In this document: positions 62,446 to 64,000 of the stretch, in pieces | Layout: every line of letters begins with the position of its first letter | How positions within the stretch are numbered: the stretch's first letter is position 1 | DNA from: Pseudomonadota bacterium | Lineage (GTDB): Bacteria; Bdellovibrionota; Bdellovibrionia; Bdellovibrionales; SG-bin7 | NCBI GenBank assembly: GCA_034439715.1 | Contig: JAWXAY010000094.1 | Coordinates: 32,001-96,000, forward strand | Length of the DNA stretch: 64,000 bases | Direction: 5' to 3' | The notes under the pieces: model-generated | The model's input: only the letters and a program-made list of their open reading frames with translations | What the model was told of the DNA's origin: nothing | The model's database searches: none | Program-made: the position numbers and the translations under genes

Positions 62446-62703
62446 ATGTATAAAATAGAGTACGTGGTGGCGACCAAGAAAGATCTTTCGTCAATTTCAA
62501 AGTCCAATAAAGAACAAATTCGAAAGGCAATTGAAAAAAAACTGGCCACAAATCCTATTGAATTCGGAAAACCTCTCCAATATAGCTTAAGAGGTTTACG
62601 CCGCCTTCGAGTTGGAGATTATCGTATAATCTTTCAGATTGAAGAAAAAAAGAAGGTCGTTTTGGTTGTTAAGATTGGTCATCGAAAAGAAGTTTACGAA
62701 TAG
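62446..62703 (+). CDS. RelE/ParE family toxin
   Basis: GKPL, RRLRVGDYRIIF, IGHRKEVY. Confidence 0.93.
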   Translation: MYKIEYVVATKKDLSSISKSNKEQIRKAIEKKLATNPIEFGKPLQYSLRGLRRLRVGDYRIIFQIEEKKKVVLVVKIGHRKEVYE

Positions 62704-63045
62704 TGCCGTACTATCTTTTAAGATTAAAAAGATCTAGGTTTAAGGCGTAACATTCATCATCTGGGTCTGTGTTCTTAGTCACAATTTCAATCGCAACTTT
62801 GAGTTGATCAACCAGGTGTTTTCGCACGTCACCCAAAGCTTTTTTGGAAAGTGTGATGGCGGCTGAGTAATGTAAATCCTCGGCAAGGTTGCGATCGAGT
62901 GAAGTGACGGCTTGGCTCCGCCAATTAGAATGATGTTTCGATATATTCGGTTGTTAAGTTTATTCCCAAAAAGCATGCGGAATGTGTCTCTGAACTTGGA
63001 ATTCCGCTTTTCAGTCGTGTTTTTGTTGTAGAGGTTAAAGAGGGT

Positions 63046-63342
63046 TTGAACTTTATATTTGATATTGTAGGAGGAGTGCCCGCTTTGGGATATACTGATC
63101 CCAACACCTTTCCTGAAGTACTGGGTGTGACTTCTCTAGAAGAGTTTTTTACCACTGACTTGCCCATTACCTCCATGCACCGACAATTTACAGTGGGTGC
63201 GTTGGATGGACCAATTGATTATCGGCTCAGTGATTATTCTTTTATTTCAAACACCAACGACAAGGGTCAGATGGAACATTATTTGGGATTTAAGGATTCA
63301 AGCGATCTTAAGTTAAAACTAAATTGTACTTTTCGTAAGTAA
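63046..63342 (+). CDS. Hypothetical protein or gene fragment
   Basis: Frame is open from 62929 with no ATG/GTG/TTG until 63046; followed by a terminator. Confidence 0.35.
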   Translation: MNFIFDIVGGVPALGYTDPNTFPEVLGVTSLEEFFTTDLPITSMHRQFTVGALDGPIDYRLSDYSFISNTNDKGQMEHYLGFKDSSDLKLKLNCTFRK

Positions 63343-63354
63343 TTGCAGAATTTG

Positions 63355-63377
63355 AAAGAGGGCGACGGCCCTCTTTT
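63355..63377. terminator. Bidirectional intrinsic terminator
   Basis: AAAGAGGGC-gacg-GCCCTCTTTT between convergent ORFs. Confidence 0.75.
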
Positions 63378-63387
63378 AAACCAAAAA

Positions 63388-63999
63388 TTAGAAGATCCCG
63401 AGTAAAAGCTCGCTCGTTTTTACAATTTGTATTTTTAAGCCAAACGAAATGTTACGAGTGAGCAACGGGACCAGCACTTCTTCTTTTGAAAGCCCACCGT
63501 GGTTTCCTTTGGCACTTCTTGTAAATCCATATCCTGCTTTGGCAACGACAATAGCGTCGGGCCTGATGGGCGACTTAAAGTAATTTGCGAGATTTGTGAT
63601 GAGATACGGAAAGGCCGAGCTCTCCGCGCCTTGATCGAAAAAATCAGGACATTGAAACCGTGAAGAGCTTCCCACTTTTATTGAATAAGAATACTTTGAG
63701 CAAAGTTTAGGTCCATATTTAATCTCAAAATTTTGTGAGGGGGATTTAACAACAATAGAATCTTCAAGGCGTTGAGCAATCATATCTACGCCACTAACTG
63801 TTGATATTGGCTCCAACTTTTTCGTGAGTTCTTCATCTGATAGGCGTGAAGGTTTATGAATTGTCAAAAACCGTTGTTCGTTCAATGTTAAAATATCATG
63901 GTCAAGGCTATTAATAAGATTATCGATATCTACATAGCTATTTGAATCGACGAAACCGTGGTCAGAGGTGAGTATTGTTTCGACTGGATGCCCCAGTCT
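63388..63999 (-). CDS. Alkaline phosphatase superfamily (phosphodiesterase/NPP-like) protein, 5'-truncated
   Basis: Frame is open to the window edge; ILTSDHGF upstream of the listed ORF and GNHGGLSKEEVLVP. Confidence 0.85.
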   Translation of the reverse strand, partial: RLGHPVETILTSDHGFVDSNSYVDIDNLINSLDHDILTLNEQRFLTIHKPSRLSDEELTKKLEPISTVSGVDMIAQRLEDSIVVKSPSQNFEIKYGPKLCSKYSYSIKVGSSSRFQCPDFFDQGAESSAFPYLITNLANYFKSPIRPDAIVVAKAGYGFTRSAKGNHGGLSKEEVLVPLLTRNISFGLKIQIVKTSELLLGIF

Positions 64000-64000
64000 A

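Overview
A gene-dense, AT-rich bacterial chromosome segment. Gene content (TIGR02147/DUF4423-like regulator, DgcA-like GGDEF, many orphan secreted and beta-barrel proteins) suggests Bdellovibrionota; this is an inference. Housekeeping loci: groES-groEL, rmuC, tRNA-Phe(GAA), a cystathionine beta-synthase/gamma-lyase pair, icd-mdh-sucCD, pdxJ, trxB, trmB, ggt, znuC/znuB-like genes, leuS, speA and a RelE-type toxin-antitoxin pair. Most interesting: (1) a translationally coupled GNAT / LuxE / LuxC-PaaK fusion / MFS / GNAT operon with no luciferase in the window (1-7110, truncated at the left edge), probably a small-molecule pathway; (2) an MCE transporter with two permeases and two ATPases whose motif substitutions combine into one intact and one degenerate ATP site; (3) an uncalled 28-aa Lys-rich microprotein with its own promoter, RBS and terminator; (4) a squalene-hopene-cyclase-like enzyme with an apparent export signal, coupled to a secreted partner; (5) a type III PKS / His-Asp membrane protein / UbiG-like methyltransferase operon; (6) a Hypr-type REC-GGDEF predicted to make 3',3'-cGAMP; (7) an inverted TGTCTA-N6-TGTCCA motif bracketing a regulator plus HExxH protein unit; (8) a sigma-54 promoter architecture driving a small secreted peptide. 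No rRNA, CRISPR array, transposase or integrase was seen. All family calls come from motif recognition by eye, not database searches.
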